From the NCBI GenBank assembly GCA_040768745.1, contig JAXGMI010000002.1, forward strand, positions 736,001 to 800,000: DNA of 64,000 nucleotides. The letters are read 5' to 3'. Position numbers and translations under genes: made by a program. Source of the stretch: Desulfomicrobium sp. (GTDB lineage: Bacteria > Desulfobacterota > Desulfovibrionia > Desulfovibrionales > Desulfomicrobiaceae). Below are positions 1 to 8,509 of this stretch, piece after piece; within the stretch, counting starts at the first letter, position 1, and every line of letters begins with the position of its first letter. The notes beneath the pieces are model-generated. The model made no database searches. It saw only the letters and a program-made list of their open reading frames with translations, and was not told the DNA's origin.

Positions 1-538
1 GGAAAGCAGTATCTTCACGCCCTATCCCTTTGTCATGAACAACCATCAGGTCCTGGATTTCATTTGCGACAACGTGAAAACCTACGCCATGGCCGGCATG
101 GAGCCCCATGAGTTCGAAACCCTGATGGATATCGACATCGACACCCATCACCATGAAGAACTCATTCCGGCCAACTCCATCAACAAGCTGAGCGACGCCT
201 TGCCCGGCATGGGTATCGTGGCCTGCGTTCTGGGGGTGGTCCTGACCATGGGCAAGATCAACGAACCGCCCGAAGTCCTGGGCCACCACATCGGCGCGGC
301 CCTGGTTGGCACCTTTCTGGGCATTCTCTTGGCCTACGGTTTTGTGGGCCCTTTTTCGACCAATGTTGAGCATCAGGTTCGCGAGCAGCACACCCTTTTG
401 AACGTGGCTAAAACCGCCATCATGTCCTTTGCCCTTGGTTGGGCCCCGGTTCTGGCCCTGGAGGCCGCCCGCCGGGCTGTGCCCAGTTCCGTTCGCCCGA
501 CCTTCGAAGAGCTCGAAAGCGCGGTCCGCAAAAAATAG
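1..538 (+). CDS. motA: Flagellar stator protein MotA (5' end lies outside the window)
   Basis: Frame is open from the window edge (ESSIFTPYPF...). Motifs DALPGMGIVACVLGVV and IGAALVGTFLGILLAYGFVGP match MotA TM3/TM4. Directly upstream of motB. Confidence 0.93.
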   Translation, partial: ESSIFTPYPFVMNNHQVLDFICDNVKTYAMAGMEPHEFETLMDIDIDTHHHEELIPANSINKLSDALPGMGIVACVLGVVLTMGKINEPPEVLGHHIGAALVGTFLGILLAYGFVGPFSTNVEHQVREQHTLLNVAKTAIMSFALGWAPVLALEAARRAVPSSVRPTFEELESAVRKK

Positions 539-557
539 CCCGGGAAGTTCACGACCC

Positions 558-1403
558 ATGGCCGAGAAAAAAACCATCATCATCAAAAAAGTCGTTAAGG
601 GCGGACACGGCGGACACGGCGGCGGAAGCTGGAAAATCGCCTATGCCGACTTTGTCACCGCCATGATGGCCTTTTTTCTCCTCATGTGGCTGATCAATAC
701 CGTGCCCCAGGAAACCAAGGAGAACCTGTCCATCTACTTCAAGGAATTCTCTGTGTTCGATGGGCCTCCCCAGTCCTTGAAATCAGGACCGGCCAGCACA
801 AATGCCGTCGACGCCGACCAACCCAGACCACTTCTCATGGAAGGGTCCCCGGGTTTGTTCACCGAAGGCAAATCTCAGGAGGAAATCCTCCGGGAAGCCA
901 TGGCCAAGATGATTGAGGAACGGCTCAAGGCGTACAAGGACCAGCTGATCATCGACACGTTCGAGAGCGGGGTGCGCATTCAGATGCTCTACGGAGAGGG
1001 GCACCCCTTTTTCGATTCCGGCAGCTCCCAACTGACCAGCGATGCACGCAACGTGCTCAAGACAATAGCGCAGACCGTAGCAGACCTGCCCAACCTCATT
1101 GCCGTGGAAGGCCACACCGACTCAATCCCCCTGGGCGGCCCCAACGCACGGTACACGAACTGGGAACTGTCCACCGACAGGGCTTCCTCGGCCCGCCTTA
1201 TTCTTGAGGAGTATGGCCTGGACCCCAAACGCATCGTCCGGGTGGCCGGATACGCTGCGACCCAGCCCCTGGTCCGCGACAATCCCGAGGATCCCAAAAA
1301 TCGTCGGGTCAGCATTCTGCTCTTCAACGACCCGACCCAGACCCCGGGCGACGTACGCAACCAGACCGGAGCCAGGCCCCTTACCGTCAACCCCCTGCCC
1401 TGA
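558..1403 (+). CDS. motB: Flagellar stator protein MotB (OmpA-like peptidoglycan-binding C-terminus)
   Basis: WKIAYADFVTAMMAFFLLMW TM with the conserved Asp, plus EGHTD, NWELSTDRA and NRRV motifs. Start placed at ATG 558 (MAEKKTIIIKK). Confidence 0.93.
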   Translation: MAEKKTIIIKKVVKGGHGGHGGGSWKIAYADFVTAMMAFFLLMWLINTVPQETKENLSIYFKEFSVFDGPPQSLKSGPASTNAVDADQPRPLLMEGSPGLFTEGKSQEEILREAMAKMIEERLKAYKDQLIIDTFESGVRIQMLYGEGHPFFDSGSSQLTSDARNVLKTIAQTVADLPNLIAVEGHTDSIPLGGPNARYTNWELSTDRASSARLILEEYGLDPKRIVRVAGYAATQPLVRDNPEDPKNRRVSILLFNDPTQTPGDVRNQTGARPLTVNPLP

Positions 1404-1436
1404 TCAATGCACAGGCCCCGTGCCTGCAGCGGCAAT

Positions 1437-1484
1437 AAAAAAAGCACGGATCCCCTCCAAAGCCACCGGGGACCCATGCTTTTT
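1437..1484. terminator. Probable intrinsic terminator between the convergent motB and rhlE genes
   Basis: AAAAGCACGGATCCCC...GGGGACCCATGCTTTT inverted repeat with A/T tails on both sides. The two mismatches become G-U pairs on the minus strand. Confidence 0.65.
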
Positions 1485-1513
1485 GTCGCGTCGGCCTTTG
1501 CTGGCCGGGTCGA

Positions 1514-2845
1514 TCAATTTGCCGCAGGCCGCATGCCGAACACGCTTCTTCCGCCCGAACTGGTCCTCCTGGATGGACCGGATCTGGCAGGAAGGCCTTG
1601 CGGCTCCTGCTTGCCGCGGTTCCCTGGCCGGCCCTGCCGAGCCGGAGCCCCCGACCTTGCGGGCCCGCGCAAAGCCCGCGGCTCCTCGAATGCAGTGTCG
1701 TTACCAGACCTTTCGTCACCGTAGGCGAACCCCTCCACAATCATGCGGCTCAGGGAAGTGCGTAAGATCCGCTCTATCATTCTGATCTGGTCCGCGTCCT
1801 CCGGAGTGACCAGGGTCATGGCCTGTCCGCTTTTGTCCGCCCGTCCAGTGCGCCCGATGCGATGGGTGTAGCACTCGGCCGTGTCCGGGACGTCAAAATT
1901 GACCACATGGGTGATGCGCGCGCAATCAATGCCCCGGGCCGCGATATCCGTGGCCACCATGATCCGGTATTTGCCGGTCCTGAAGCCGTCCAGGGCCTCC
2001 TGCCGACGATTCTGTGAAAGATTGCCCTGCAGGGAGGTGGCCAGCCATCCCCTGCCTTCCAGCCGGCGGGCGAGGCTTTTGGCCCGGTGCTTGGTCCGAG
2101 TGAAAACCAGCACGCAGTCGTGGGGAGTTTTGGTCAGCAAGGCCTCGAGCAGGTCAGCCTTACGCCCGCCTGGCACAGGGTACACGCAATGGCTGATGGT
2201 TTCGGCCGGAGCGGTATTGGCCACCTGGACCACGACAGGGTCTTTGAGGATCTGATCCGCCATCTTGCGGATTTCCGGGGGCATGGTCGCGGAAAAAAGA
2301 AGGTTCTGCCGTTTGTGGGGAAGTTCGGCCATGATCCGCCGGACATCGGGCAGAAAGCCCATATCGAACATGTGATCGGCCTCGTCCAGGACCAGGGCCT
2401 TGATGCCGGACAGGTCCACGTGCCCGCGGTTGACCAGGTCCAGCAACCGGCCTGGGCAAGCTACCAGGACACTGGCCTGACGGGCGGCCCTGATCTGAGG
2501 GCTCTCGCCCACTCCACCGAAAACAGCGGCCGAGCGGATCCCGGTCTGCCGACCCAGGGTGATAAAGGATTCATGAATCTGCAGGGCCAATTCGCGCGTG
2601 GGCGCGAGCACAAGCACTCTGGGCGCACCGTGCCCGTCGTTTGCCTCTGCGGCGATCAAATGCTGCAGAAGTGGCAGGGCAAAGGCCGCAGTCTTGCCTG
2701 TTCCGGTTTGGGCCAAGCCCAGAACGTCTCGCCCGGCCAGAGCTGCCGGCATGGCCTGGACCTGAATGGGGGTAGGGGAAACATAGCCACAGTCACGGAC
2801 ATTGGCGAGGATGCGCCTGTCCAGAGAAAAAGAGGAAAAGTCCAC
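1514..2845 (-). CDS. rhlE: DEAD-box ATP-dependent RNA helicase (RhlE-like)
   Basis: Q motif (PTPIQ), AQTGTGKT, PTRELA, LDEAD, SAT, ARGID and HRIGRTGR motifs, with a basic Gly/Arg-rich tail. GTG start at 2845 with AGGA upstream. Confidence 0.92.
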   Translation of the reverse strand: MDFSSFSLDRRILANVRDCGYVSPTPIQVQAMPAALAGRDVLGLAQTGTGKTAAFALPLLQHLIAAEANDGHGAPRVLVLAPTRELALQIHESFITLGRQTGIRSAAVFGGVGESPQIRAARQASVLVACPGRLLDLVNRGHVDLSGIKALVLDEADHMFDMGFLPDVRRIMAELPHKRQNLLFSATMPPEIRKMADQILKDPVVVQVANTAPAETISHCVYPVPGGRKADLLEALLTKTPHDCVLVFTRTKHRAKSLARRLEGRGWLATSLQGNLSQNRRQEALDGFRTGKYRIMVATDIAARGIDCARITHVVNFDVPDTAECYTHRIGRTGRADKSGQAMTLVTPEDADQIRMIERILRTSLSRMIVEGFAYGDERSGNDTAFEEPRALRGPARSGAPARQGRPGNRGKQEPQGLPARSGPSRRTSSGGRSVFGMRPAAN

Positions 2846-3046
2846 AAAAATTCCTGTGCTTGAGGGGAAAAAAGACGATTGGCGTGATCTGCAATCGAGG
2901 CCGGACATGCCGGATGACGGAAAATCTCCAAGACTTCATGATGCCCGGACAGGGATGTCGGGCACCGGGTCTGCTCACGCGAGGAGATGACGAGTGCGGA
3001 AGAAGGATAATGCCGCAAGGGAATCCTGGCGCGGCCTGTTCTTTAC

Positions 3047-3122
3047 TGGTGGGCCACCAAGGAATCGAACCTTGAACCTGCTGATTAAGAGTCAGATGCT
3101 CTACCAATTGAGCTAGTGGCCC
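3047..3122 (-). tRNA. tRNA-Lys (anticodon CTT)
   Basis: Minus strand reads GGGCCACTAGCTCAATTGGTAGAGCATCTGACTCTTAATCAGCAGGTTCAAGGTTCGATTCCTTGGTGGCCCACCA: 76 nt, cloverleaf, TTC loop and encoded CCA. Confidence 0.97.
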
Positions 3123-3139
3123 GCGCAAACGGAATAATT

Positions 3140-3168
3140 TTTCTATGCAGGCGGAATCGGAATGTCAA
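3140..3168 (-). promoter_or_regulatory. Sigma70-type promoter for tRNA-Lys
   Basis: TTGACA-N17-TAGAAA on the minus strand just upstream of the tRNA. Confidence 0.65.
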
Positions 3169-3507
3169 ATGGAAAAAATGAAGACCTAAAACCTCTTTTC
3201 TGCCCCACGCTGCGACGGGCTCGCCGAACATGAAGGCGCCCTGTGTCCCACACCGCCCGATCACACCACAAGATCAGCCCATGCCGGAGTTGCCTTCCGC
3301 ATTGGCCTTGCCTAAAAGACGGGCTGCATGAATACGTCCTGGACCACTTCATGAACCTTGTGATCACCGTTGCCTTCTCCCCCGGCCAAAAACGGGGTCA
3401 TCGGCAGGCGCGGCCAAACGATGCCCTGACCCGAGGACACAGATGAAAAACGCCGACCATTTCTCCTCCTGGCAGTCATCTCTGGGGGATGGACCCGGTC
3501 CCGGGGA

Positions 3508-4464
3508 ATGCCCGTGACCGGAACATCCGCGGAACCGCAGCGCGTCTACGTGGAAATCACCAACGCCTGCAACCTGCGCTGCCACTTCTGTCCAGGCACG
3601 TCCCGCCCTCCGGCCAGGATGGATCCTGAATTCTTCGCCAGCCTGTTGACCCAGATCACACCCCTGACAAGCCGGATCTCCCTGCATGTTCTGGGGGAGC
3701 CGTTGACCCACCCGGATCTCCCGCTTCTCCTGGAGCACTGTGCCCGTGCCGCTGTGGCTGTTGACCTGACCACGAACGGGTCCCTCATCTCCCGGTGGAG
3801 TGATGACCTCCTGCAGTCCCGTGCCTTGCGGCAGATCAACTTCTCACTTCAATCCCTGGACCGGGCAGCGGGTCCGGACCTGGACACCCTGGACCGAGTG
3901 CTGAACTTCACCTCTCAGGTCCTGTTGAAACGACCGGAACTGTATGTCAATTTCCGGCTGTGGACCCTGGACAATCTCCGCGCACAGGAGGACAGTGCCT
4001 TCAACCGAGCCGTGCTGGAACGCATCGGCCATGACCTGCACATTTCCACCCCAACCCTGGTGCCGGGCCGCAAAAGCCGCAGACTCGTAGGCCGAGTCTA
4101 TGTGCATGCGGATACGGTCTTTACCTGGCCCGGGGATCTGCCTGCGGCCGAACGACACCGGGGCTACTGTCATGCTCTGACATCGCACTGCGCCATTCTG
4201 GCCGACGGTACGGTCTGCCCCTGCTGCCTGGACGCCGAGGGTCGACTGGCCCTCGGCAATGTCCGGGTGACGCCCCTGGCCCAGATTTTGGCTTCGCCCC
4301 GGGCCACGGCCATGCGCAACGGTTTCAGTCGGGGCGAACTTGTGGAAGACCTCTGCCGTCATTGCTCCTATTGCCACAGATTTGAAGCGAACCGCCGGCA
4401 AGCACCTCAGCACGCCCGGGCGAACCCGGCACGGCCCTGCAACGATGAAAAGAGACCACTATAG
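3508..4464 (+). CDS. Radical SAM protein with C-terminal SPASM/Twitch-like Fe-S domain
   Basis: CNLRCHFC (CxxxCxxC), LGEP and TTNG motifs, and C-terminal YC...DGTVCPCC...CRHC. True start may be GTG 3514. Confidence 0.85.
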   Translation: MPVTGTSAEPQRVYVEITNACNLRCHFCPGTSRPPARMDPEFFASLLTQITPLTSRISLHVLGEPLTHPDLPLLLEHCARAAVAVDLTTNGSLISRWSDDLLQSRALRQINFSLQSLDRAAGPDLDTLDRVLNFTSQVLLKRPELYVNFRLWTLDNLRAQEDSAFNRAVLERIGHDLHISTPTLVPGRKSRRLVGRVYVHADTVFTWPGDLPAAERHRGYCHALTSHCAILADGTVCPCCLDAEGRLALGNVRVTPLAQILASPRATAMRNGFSRGELVEDLCRHCSYCHRFEANRRQAPQHARANPARPCNDEKRPL

Positions 4465-5389
4465 CCGTTCGGCCCGCAATGCCTTTTCCGGCCTGGACCT
4501 GAACCGCAAACCCTTGCTCCCCGGAAATCCCACATCCTGGGAGGAATTCCTCGCCCTGAACAATTCGTCCTTTGTGGCTGTGCGCGGAGACGAGATCCTC
4601 TTCGACCCGGCCGGGACCGATCCCCTGTTGCTCGACGCACGCATGCTTGGTGGCTGCGATCATGCATTCCTTCAGCCCATGCTCCTGGGTGACGACGGGC
4701 AGACAACATTTTTTGCCCTCAATGTCGACAGGATGCCCGCATCCCTGGCTCAATGCCTGGCCGGACTGGGCACCTTTGCCCGGTTGCGCCAGCATGTGGC
4801 GACCATGTCCGGCAAGATCGCCTCTCTCCTCGGTTATGCCTGTTTCGCTGCCGGATGGCAAAGCCAGACGCGTTTCTGCAGCCTGTGCGGACATCCCACC
4901 GTTTCCAAGCCCTCCTCCCTGGCCCAGTGCTGCACCAACCCGTCCTGCGCGGCTGAACATTTCCCCAGGATCAATCCGGCCATGATCGTCCTGGTCCACC
5001 ATCCGGAAAAGGACATGTGCCTGCTCGGCCGCCAGTCCTCATGGAAACCCAGGGTCTATTCAGCCCTGGCCGGGTACGTGGAGCCAGGAGAAAGCGCCGA
5101 GGACGCTGTGCTGCGCGAGGTCATGGAGGAAACGGGAATCCGGGTTCGGGACATCCGATATCATTCCTCCCAGCCCTGGCCCTTTTCCTCCTCTCTCATG
5201 CTCGGCTTCCACGCCCTGGCCGAAAACCTGGATATCCACCTCGACGACCGGGAACTTGAAGATGCGCGCTGGTTTCCACGCCAGGAGATCCCCGGCCTCC
5301 TTGAAAAGGGGGATCTGGCCTTGCCCAGCACAGAGACCATTGCACGGCATCTCTTTGATGCCTGGATCCAAGGCGATCTCGGCGATTGA
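4445..5389 (+). CDS. nudC: NADH pyrophosphatase / NAD-cap decapping Nudix hydrolase NudC
   Basis: Zn ribbon FCSLCG...CTNPSC, Nudix box GYVEPGESAEDAVLREVMEETG and the SQPWPF signature. Confidence 0.92.
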   Translation: MKRDHYSRSARNAFSGLDLNRKPLLPGNPTSWEEFLALNNSSFVAVRGDEILFDPAGTDPLLLDARMLGGCDHAFLQPMLLGDDGQTTFFALNVDRMPASLAQCLAGLGTFARLRQHVATMSGKIASLLGYACFAAGWQSQTRFCSLCGHPTVSKPSSLAQCCTNPSCAAEHFPRINPAMIVLVHHPEKDMCLLGRQSSWKPRVYSALAGYVEPGESAEDAVLREVMEETGIRVRDIRYHSSQPWPFSSSLMLGFHALAENLDIHLDDRELEDARWFPRQEIPGLLEKGDLALPSTETIARHLFDAWIQGDLGD

Positions 5390-5482
5390 ATCGCCGCAGG
5401 CCAAGAGCAAGACGGCATTGCGCCGTCTCCATCATGTTGTTATAATTTATTTTTTTGCATCACATCAGCACGGGAGCCTGTC

Positions 5483-6601
5483 ATGGGACAACGACTGATC
5501 CTGGCCGGGGGTGGCCACGCGCACATGATGATCCTGGCCCACATCCGGAACCTGGTCCGCAACGGGCATCAGGTCACCGTTATCCAGCCCTCGGACTACC
5601 ACTACTACTCGGGCATGGGCCCGGGCATGCTCGGACTGACCTACACCGCTGACGACATCCGCTTTGCCACCCGGCATGTGGTTGAACGCCAGGGCGGGAC
5701 CTTTATCCGGGACAAGGTGACGGGCATCGATGCGGCTGGCCGAACCATCGCCACGTCCTCGGGCCTGACCCTGGAATACGATGTGCTGTCCTGCAACACG
5801 GGCAGTTTTGTCCCTTTCCAAAACGTTCACGGCGACACATCCACGATTTTCGCGGTCAAACCCATCGAGCGTCTGCAGGAAGCGCAACGGGTCGTCATAT
5901 CCCTCTGCGCAAGTCGCAGCACGCCGCATATTGCCGTGGTCGGAGGCGGCCCTGCAGCCGTGGAAATCGCGGGCAACCTGCGCAGGCTGGCCAACCTTCG
6001 CGGACGGCATATGCCGCGCATCACCCTTTTCGCCGGTCGGGGACTGCTCAGCAAACTGCCCGCCGCCATCCGATCCATAGCCAGGGAATCCTTGGCCCGC
6101 CAGAACATCGCCATCAACGAAGAGGGGTATGTGCAGGAAATCCGCAACGGACGCTTTGCCGTGGGCGATTCAGAAGTGTGTCCGGACCTCATCTTCATGG
6201 CCACGGGCGTGCGCCCATCCCCCCTTTTCAAAGCTTCCGGCCTGGCCACGGGGCCTTCGGGTGGACTGCTGGTCAATGAGTACCTCCACAGTGTGGAGCA
6301 CACCGAGATCTTCGGCGGGGGAGACTGCATTGATTTTGGCCCCTCTCCTCTGGACAAGGTCGGGGTCTATGCCGTGCGCGAGAATCCGATCCTGCTCAGA
6401 AATGTCACAGCCCGCCTCCATGGCCTTCGACTCATCCCCTTTGATCCAGGCAGCAAATATCTTCTGCTCTTCAACATGGGTGACGGCACAGCCATCTTCA
6501 GCAAGGGGCCGGTCTGCTTTCGGAACAGAAGCGCATTTCTGCTCAAGGACATCATTGACAGGCGGTTCATGCGCCGTTTCCAGGCCCTTGAACGCCTGTG
6601 A
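5483..6601 (+). CDS. FAD-dependent pyridine nucleotide-disulfide oxidoreductase (NDH-2-like; resembles the N-terminal module of SelD fusions)
   Basis: LAGGGHAH FAD-binding start, YYSGMGPG, second Rossmann motif VVGGGPAAVE, and IFGGGDC. Confidence 0.8.
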   Translation: MGQRLILAGGGHAHMMILAHIRNLVRNGHQVTVIQPSDYHYYSGMGPGMLGLTYTADDIRFATRHVVERQGGTFIRDKVTGIDAAGRTIATSSGLTLEYDVLSCNTGSFVPFQNVHGDTSTIFAVKPIERLQEAQRVVISLCASRSTPHIAVVGGGPAAVEIAGNLRRLANLRGRHMPRITLFAGRGLLSKLPAAIRSIARESLARQNIAINEEGYVQEIRNGRFAVGDSEVCPDLIFMATGVRPSPLFKASGLATGPSGGLLVNEYLHSVEHTEIFGGGDCIDFGPSPLDKVGVYAVRENPILLRNVTARLHGLRLIPFDPGSKYLLLFNMGDGTAIFSKGPVCFRNRSAFLLKDIIDRRFMRRFQALERL

Positions 6602-6603
6602 TC

Positions 6604-6812
6604 TCCCCGCCGTGGACGCAGGAAGAGGATGCGCCAGGGCACTCAGGGCCCGCCTCAGATCCGGATCCAGGAGGTCTCTTCGTGCAGCAGGGGGTAACTC
6701 TGACCTGCCGTACGCACACCGAGTCATGAAGGAATGTTCGAGACCGCGTGGTTCTGAGCTTCCCACCGGCCAGGGAGCCCCTGCCCCCTCTGAACAGGTG
6801 CACAGACGGGGA
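6604..6812. ncRNA. Putative structured ncRNA, long rod-like fold (6S-like candidate; strand uncertain, minus slightly favoured)
   Basis: Nested complementary segments across ~209 nt: TCCCCG/CGGGGA, AGAGG/CCTCT, GGCC/GGCC, CTCAGA/TCTGAG, GGTCTC/GAGACC, GCAGG/CCTGC. It fills the gap between two convergent genes and has no credible ORF. Confidence 0.5.
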
Positions 6813-6844
6813 TGAACCAAAAAACAAGGTTGGCTTGGTGGATC

Positions 6845-7651
6845 TCAGGTGCCGCTTCGGTCCAGCACGCAGATCTTCTTGTCTTCGGGATTGAAAACCT
6901 CATCCAGAATGGCGTCAACGTGATCACGCTGGCGGTTGAAAATACGGGCGCAGCATGTCTCAAGGGCTGAACGGGCCTTGCTGTCAAGGGGCAGATCCGG
7001 GAAGGCCGGCAGTCCATAGCTTTCGAAGACGAGAGACGCGAAGGCCAACTCCCGGTCCAGGTTCCAGGCTTGCCCGCCTCCACCGGTGATGGATTCCTTT
7101 TCCACCTGGGCCTGATCCATGCGTTTGGCAAAGGCCAAGGATTCCGAAGGGCGGTTGGATTCATTGATGGCGCGGATGCGCCGGTTGATCTCGCCACAAT
7201 GCTTGCGCATCTGATCATGATGAGGGGCAATCAATATTCTCCCGGGCTGGAGTGGGTCTGTGTAGGTGGAGCCATGCATATAGGCTTCGATCAGACGGGC
7301 CAGGGGCTCGTACACCTCCCACACGGTTTTGATGAAGAGCCCCTTGCGGGTGAAGCTGCGCGGTCGACGGAATTGCAGGCTGCACAGCTGATGGGTGAAG
7401 AGACTCTCGTCCTCCAAATGCACGCCCAGGGATTCAAAGAGGTACCTGCTGTTCTCTTCGCTGCCCAACAGGCAATTCAGGCCAGCGAACCAGGACCGGA
7501 TCTGCTCAGCCTGGGCCTTGAGCTTTTCCACCCGGCTTTCGAACAAGACAATCTCATCCTCTAATGCCTTGCGGGCTCCGAAAAAGGTCTCCGCTGCCTC
7601 GCGCAGTCCTTCCTCAACCAGGGCGTCGCCCCACTCGTCCAGAAGCCCCAT
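6845..7651 (-). CDS. Hypothetical protein (coiled-coil-rich N-terminus)
   Basis: 268-codon ORF with GGAGG ribosome-binding site before ATG 7651, divergent from adk. No family motif recognised. Confidence 0.75.
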   Translation of the reverse strand: MGLLDEWGDALVEEGLREAAETFFGARKALEDEIVLFESRVEKLKAQAEQIRSWFAGLNCLLGSEENSRYLFESLGVHLEDESLFTHQLCSLQFRRPRSFTRKGLFIKTVWEVYEPLARLIEAYMHGSTYTDPLQPGRILIAPHHDQMRKHCGEINRRIRAINESNRPSESLAFAKRMDQAQVEKESITGGGGQAWNLDRELAFASLVFESYGLPAFPDLPLDSKARSALETCCARIFNRQRDHVDAILDEVFNPEDKKICVLDRSGT

Positions 7652-7726
7652 GCCGCCTCCTGTGTTGCGTTGAAAATAAACCCTATCCGTCTGCATCCCA
7701 ACTGACAAGCCCGGCATGATCTTTCA

Positions 7727-7755
7727 TTGACAGGCGGCATCGCTGCCGCTAGTAC
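7727..7755 (+). promoter_or_regulatory. Sigma70-type promoter for adk
   Basis: TTGACA-N17-TAGTAC. The spacer contains the palindrome GCGGCA-N4-TGCCGC. Confidence 0.5.
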
Positions 7756-7786
7756 TTTGTGAAATTTTTTACAGGAGGTTTTCGCC

Positions 7787-8458
7787 TTGAATATTCTCAT
7801 TTTCGGACCCAACGGTAGTGGCAAAGGGACCCAGGGCTCCCTGGCAAAGAAGAAATACAATCTGGACCACATCGAATCCGGGGCCATTTTCCGCAAGCAC
7901 ATCGGCGGGGGCACGGAGCTGGGCAAGAAGGCAAAGGAATACATCGACCGGGGCGAACTGGTACCTGACGACATCACCATTCCCATGGTTCTGGATGTGC
8001 TCAAGAACTCCAGCCCCAATGGCTGGCTCCTGGACGGCTTCCCCCGTTCCATCGTTCAGGCCCAGAAACTGTGGGAAGCCCTGCAGGCCGACGGCGTCAA
8101 ACTGAACTATGTCATTGAAATCCTCCTTCCCCGGGAAGTGGCCAAGAACCGCATCATGGGCCGCCGCCTGTGCAAAAACGACAACAACCACCCCAACAAC
8201 ATCTTTATTGACGCCATCAAGCCCAACGGTGACAAATGCCGTGTCTGCGGCGGCGACCTGTCCGCCCGCGCCGATGACCAGGACGAGACAGCCATCGATA
8301 AGCGCCACGATATCTACTATGATTCCAAAACAGGCACCCTGGCTGCATCCTACTACTTCAAGAACCTGGCCAAGAGCGCTGGCTTCAAGTACATTGAACT
8401 CGACGGCGAGGGGGCCATTGACGAGATCAAGGAAACCCTCATGGCCCAGCTGAACTGA
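7787..8458 (+). CDS. adk: Adenylate kinase with metal-binding LID domain
   Basis: GPNGSGKGT P-loop, LLDGFPR, RADD. LID motif C-x5-H-x15-C-x2-C (CKNDNNH...CRVC). TTG start after AGGAGG. Confidence 0.96.
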   Translation: MNILIFGPNGSGKGTQGSLAKKKYNLDHIESGAIFRKHIGGGTELGKKAKEYIDRGELVPDDITIPMVLDVLKNSSPNGWLLDGFPRSIVQAQKLWEALQADGVKLNYVIEILLPREVAKNRIMGRRLCKNDNNHPNNIFIDAIKPNGDKCRVCGGDLSARADDQDETAIDKRHDIYYDSKTGTLAASYYFKNLAKSAGFKYIELDGEGAIDEIKETLMAQLN

Positions 8459-8476
8459 CACACTTTTGTTTGATAC

Positions 8477-8503
8477 AGGGCGGGGGCGACCCCGCCTTTT
8501 TTT
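8477..8503 (+). terminator. Intrinsic terminator after adk
   Basis: GGCGGGG-gcga-CCCCGCC hairpin followed by a T7 tract. Confidence 0.75.
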
Positions 8504-8509
8504 CGGACC

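Noticed and set aside
1..1403. MotA/MotB-like pair as a Zorya (ZorAB) defence system
   Set aside because: Sequences are canonical flagellar stator proteins. MotA has no long ZorA tail and no zorC/D/E follow.
3047..3122. tRNA-Lys as an integration site for an island or prophage
   Set aside because: No integrase nearby, and I saw no duplicated tRNA 3' end in the window. Flanking genes are housekeeping.
5483..6601. Selenophosphate synthetase or selenoprotein read-through at the TGA stop
   Set aside because: Only the oxidoreductase module is present, and the sequence after the TGA does not encode a SelD domain.
6604..6812. SRP RNA, tmRNA, RNase P, glmS ribozyme or cobalamin riboswitch identity for the structured element
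   Set aside because: It lacks the SRP CAGG-GGAA-AGCAG loop, the tRNA-like CCA end, the RNase P GAGGAAAGTCC motif and the glmS core. Only a GACCTGCC fragment resembles a B12 box, and no gene lies downstream in a suitable orientation.
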